DNA of 64,000 bases from Octopus vulgaris (Eukaryota), in NCBI GenBank assembly GCA_951406725.2, contig OX597827.1, positions 32,674,001 through 32,738,000 of the forward strand. Reading direction: 5' to 3'. Position numbers and translations under genes: made by a program. This document shows positions 59,664 to 64,000 of this stretch, piece by piece (position 1 is the first letter of the stretch; every line of letters begins with the position of its first letter). Below the pieces are notes generated by a model. That model worked only from the letters and a program-made list of their open reading frames with translations. It was not told the origin of the DNA and did no database searches.

Positions 59664-60420
59664 ACCGCATACGGTTTGCTTGTTTTCAGTCGTTGCAATG
59701 CGGTCATGCTGGAGCACCTCACCTTGAAGTGTTTTTCGTCGAACAAGTCGATTCCCAGTACTTATTTTTACAACCAGGAACTTATTTTTGTCATTCTCTT
59801 TCACCGAACCGCTAAGTAACAGGAACGCATACAAACCAACGCCGGTTGTCAATAGTTGGGAAGAGGATGAGCGGCACAAATATACATACACACATATAGA
59901 CTCGCTCACACATACATACATACATACATACATACATACATACATACATACATACATACATACATACATACATAGTCGACAATGCCCTTAGTGGCTGACG
60001 ATATGTGCATCTCTGATCACAAGCAGAAGTAGTGGGGGAGCATCATAGCCGTGTGTTGAGGGGAATTCGTTGAGGTTTGAATAATTCACCTCTGGAAACT
60101 TGAGTGTTTTGTTCATCATCCTTAAATAACCCTTATTCAGGAACCTTTTGGGTAGGATAGGCTACTCGACCAGAAGAAAATTCCCCACCTGCAAGGCCAT
60201 GTGCTGTTTATCTTGATATGAGATCACCATGTCTCGCACATATGGTTGTGATGCATGTGCCTTGTGTACCCTTATCAGACGGGTAGTCATGATGGATATA
60301 CTGGGTTTCGTATATTTTACCCCAGTGTCACTTTGATGGCATGCACTGCTCTCTCCCTCAATAATCATACATACACACGAGACGAGCTTCCACATAGCTC
60401 CCGTTTACCAAATTCCTACA

Positions 60421-60637
60421 AACGATGGTATGCTGAAAAGTTCTTGGTGTTGGGTAAAAGAAAGTACAGAAGGGTCAGTTAATTATGATTTTATACATGT
60501 TCCGTTCTCAGATTCACACACTTATTGCAGCGGTCTTTCAGTTTTTCTAAGCTCTGTGAAAGAACTCGGGAATTTGGTCCTCCATCCAGGCCTTTCGCGA
60601 CACCCCTAAAGTCAGGAACTTTTCAGCACCCTTCGTA
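60421..60637. mobile_element. Mariner-type MITE nested in a decayed SINE A
   Basis: ACGATGGTATGCTGAAAAGTTCTTGG / TCAGGAACTTTTCAGCACCCTTCGTA; SINE sequence on both sides. Confidence 0.7.
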
Positions 60638-61651
60638 AGGTATTGTTTGACCTGGGGCTATAATAAAAGAAACTTGCCCAATGTGTTTGTGTGTGTGTGT
60701 GTGTGGAATGCAGTGCCCATCAAAAGCGTTCCAACAGTGACCGTCCTGTGTATCCTTCAGACAATGCTTAAAGGCATTCCAGGTCAAAATGCCGATGGTA
60801 ATGATGATGATAAATACGCGCAAATATTAATCTAGTTATTCCCCAATCATGTGGTCTCGGGTTCAGTTCCACTGCGTGGCAACTTAGGCAAGAGTCTTTT
60901 GCTATAGCCTCGGGCTGACGAAACAACGCCTTGTAAATGTATTTGATTGGTGAAAACTGAAGGAAGCCCATCTTTCTGTATAGAATGTAAACTAGTGTCA
61001 GCATAACACAAGCAATGTTGTTCGTTTCCAGACTTCCATGAAAAAAAAAAGAAGAAAAACATCTAGCCATGGAGAAATATTACCTTGCTTGGAACATGTA
61101 AAGGTTAGCGACTGAAAGGGCATCCAGCTCTAGAAAAAGCTGCCGTCAGCAAATTCTGCCTGACCGATGCAAGCATGGAAATGTGACCGTTAGACTGCAA
61201 CAATGAAAACAACAACAACTACTACTACTACTACTACTACTTCGGCACTGAGATGTCGATCCTTTCATATACATAACAAATAAAACCCACGTTAGATCAC
61301 TGCTCAAATTGATTATTACTCTTCCATCTCTGTTAATTAACCGTCCTCTGCCTCATCAATAACTTGATTATACTCCCACATTGTAATTAAGTTTCATGCT
61401 GTTATTTGTGATGTCGAAAAAACTTATCAAATAATCATATCTACCTATTAACGCACATATTTAGATCGTTACTGAAATATACGTTACACACATAGTCACG
61501 CATTCTGGATTTCATCAGTTTAAAATATCGTTCGTAAACAGTACTTCGATTCTGAGATTAGAAGAAAGACTGTAACACTCCTGAGATCATGAACAGTATT
61601 TTACGGGCACGCCTGAACAACATTTTCTCAATTTAACGCGACCATTTAGAC

Positions 61652-62093
61652 CAGTAATTCTCAACCACTTTTTGCCTGTGGACCCCCTTTGATCCCTGTT
61701 TTGCTCGGATGGACTCTCCTAGCCATTCGATGTTTAATCCTTCAGCATTTAAACCGACCTTATCTGACCAAAATATTCTACCCATTATAAATATTCTAAA
61801 CGTTTCAATCGGTTTTAAGTTGAAAGTGGCCGGATTTAGCCTCACACTTGCTTTACAATGTCGTTGTAAAAATAAGCAACCAAATCATTGAAGTCTCAAA
61901 GCTAGATGATGCCTAATTTATTAAAAATATTGTGAATAAATAAGTGTTGCATTTAGTAGAGTAAACTGAATGCTAAAGGGTTTTTTTAAAATCCTATTGT
62001 ATAATAGAAATTGTTAAAATATTTCGTGAATCAATTAATTGAAGATAAAGTTTAAACGCAAAATCTTATCTGGACTCCGGTTGAGAAGCACTG
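61652..62093. mobile_element. hAT/Charlie-like MITE with nested piggyBac-like insert (about 61734-61982)
   Basis: ATTTAGAC|CAGTAATTCTCAACC ... GGTTGAGAAGCACTG|ATCTAGAT; insert TTAATCCTTCAGCATT ... AATGCTAAAGGGTT. Confidence 0.7.
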
Positions 62094-62712
62094 ATCTAGA
62101 TGTAGGATGTCATTGAGCATTATGTCTGAAAGTTAGACGGAACGAACGCTGCTGGGGTGTCTTTGACTGTAGTCTTCTGGGTGAATCTAAACTTAGAAGT
62201 CAAACGACAACTAAGGAAGCAGAGCATCAAGGTATCATGTTAATCTCGGATTGGAGACTTAATCCCAATGCTTACGTTTCAGATTAGATCTTTCATTAAA
62301 GATAATCAGTGAAAAATGGACGGCGCATATGACTTCGTTCATAGCTGGATGTGATTAACGAAGCACTTGTTAATTTTACTGCTTGCGAATATTTTCTGTT
62401 GAGTGCATAACATTTGCTTACAGCTTGGTGTGTGGGGAGTTGAATGTTTCAGAAGATGGAAAACAAGGACCGGTATTGTTAGCACATCAAATTAGGCTCG
62501 AGAACAGGGGTGGGGCGTGCATCTCTTAAAATTGGGCGGTGGGGACAATGAAAATGTTTGAACGTCCTCTTGGAAAACTTCATGTCCAAAATGAACGAGA
62601 GTAGAGACAGTTTTAGAGTGGTCTCAAACATCACTTTTCCATTAATGGATTAATCTGATTTCATTGACGTACAAATATAATAATAATTACTATCAACATA
62701 CTCATGTTCGAA

Positions 62713-63312
62713 GGCAGCAAGCTGGCAAAATCATTAGCACGCTGGACAAAATGCTTAACGGTATTTCGTTCGTCGCTACGTTCCGAATTCAAATCCCGCC
62801 GAAATCGGCTTTGCCTTTTGAGGTCGATAAATTAAGTCCTAGTGAAACGATTTGATCGATTGGTCCCTTCCCCCAAAGTTTTAGGCCTTGTGCCTTTAGC
62901 AGAATGGTTTAAGGCGACGAACTGGCAGAAACGTTAGCACGCCGGGCGAAATGCTAGGCAGTATTTCGTCTGCCGTTACGTTCTGCGTTCAAATTCCGCC
63001 GAGGTCGACTTTGCCTTTCATCCTTTCGGAGTCGATTAAATAAGTACCAGTAACGCACTGGGGTCGATATAATCGACTTAATCCGTTTGTCTGTCCTTGT
63101 TTGTCCTCTCTGTGTTTAGCCCCTTGTGGGTAGTAAAGAAATAGGTATTTCGTCTATCTTTACGTTCCGAGTTCAAATTCCGCCGAGTTCGATTTTGCCT
63201 TTCATCCTTTCGAAGTCGATAAATTAAGTACCAGTTGCCTACTGGGGTCGATCTAATCGACTGCCCCCCCCCCCCAAAAAAAAAATTTCAGGCCTTGTGC
63301 CTTGAATAGAAA
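62713..63312 (+). mobile_element. Three head-to-tail SINE family B units
   Basis: Core repeated at about 62790, 62990 and 63175; the middle copy has the long tail GTTTAGCCCCTTGTGGG. Confidence 0.85.
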
Positions 63313-64000
63313 AGTATAATTATGTTTCGTTTTAATATTAAGATTGAAGAAATCGACCTTGTTCGTAAAAAAATTTAGACTTTGGTTTGCACCCCTTAAG
63401 CAAATTTCATTCCGGCACTTATGCAAACCATTTCCCCTTCAGCAGATAGACAAGCATCCTTCTGATACAAATTGTTGCTGTTGTTGTTTAACCCCAGGTA
63501 GGGCTCTCACCCAAAACACCTATGGTCAAAGACATTCCAGTCGCAATCAGTCCAGCATAGTATGACCGAACGGTTAACAAGTTTGCTTCGCAAACATGAG
63601 ACCCCAGGTTCGATTCTACTGCGTTCGATCAGCAACTGTCATTTTCTATAACCTCGACTCGACTCACACATGGTGAGTAAAAATTCGTTAACGGAAACTG
63701 TAGAGAAGTCCTTCAGCTGAATTGTACTTGTAATTCAAGAAAATACAGCCCTGTCACACTCTTTCTCAACCTGACTCTACCTAAGATGCGAATTACTTTA
63801 AGGGCGCGCGTGTCTGTGGAATACTCGGCCATTTGCAAATTATTTCAAGAGTAGGTTTATCTAGTTCATCAAACAACCGAATACGCATTGTTGAGTGACG
63901 GAGATCCACTAATGTGTCTAGTACTTCATTATACAATATGCTTCTTGGTAATGCTTTTGTCGCTTAGCCTCGGACCAGTCTGCGTCCAGCTGATCAAAGA

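Overview
Gene-poor, AT-rich, microsatellite-saturated animal DNA. The SINE repertoire and TA/CA/TATG/AAT density suggest a coleoid cephalopod such as Octopus (inference). No host protein-coding gene can be supported, and nearly all ORFs in the track are microsatellite translations. The main structured feature is a young, 5'-truncated Penelope-like retroelement (PLE). It has an RT YRDD motif and a C-terminal GIY-YIG endonuclease (14417-15644) and a ~3.5 kb microsatellite-like 3' region ending in an intact type I hammerhead ribozyme (HHR). About 2.36 kb of that 3' region is duplicated as an inverted arm (12056-14416 / 16749-19112). Both strands together show about 15 HHR-like motifs from at least six sequence families. 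They include a tRNA-headed SINE-like element carrying a minimal HHR, a family with a recurrent non-canonical CUGUYGA core, and HHR-associated fold-back palindromes next to (TA)n. Also present: three tRNA-SINE families (one variant shares its 3' tail with an L1/Tx1-like LINE); RTE, Tx1 and R4/Dong LINE fragments; mariner, piggyBac, hAT, Merlin-like, Tigger-like and Helitron non-autonomous elements with readable termini or TSDs; and a ~6 kb duplication across a 100-N gap that is probably an assembly artefact. All calls were made by eye, and repeat boundaries are approximate unless a TSD or TIR is quoted.
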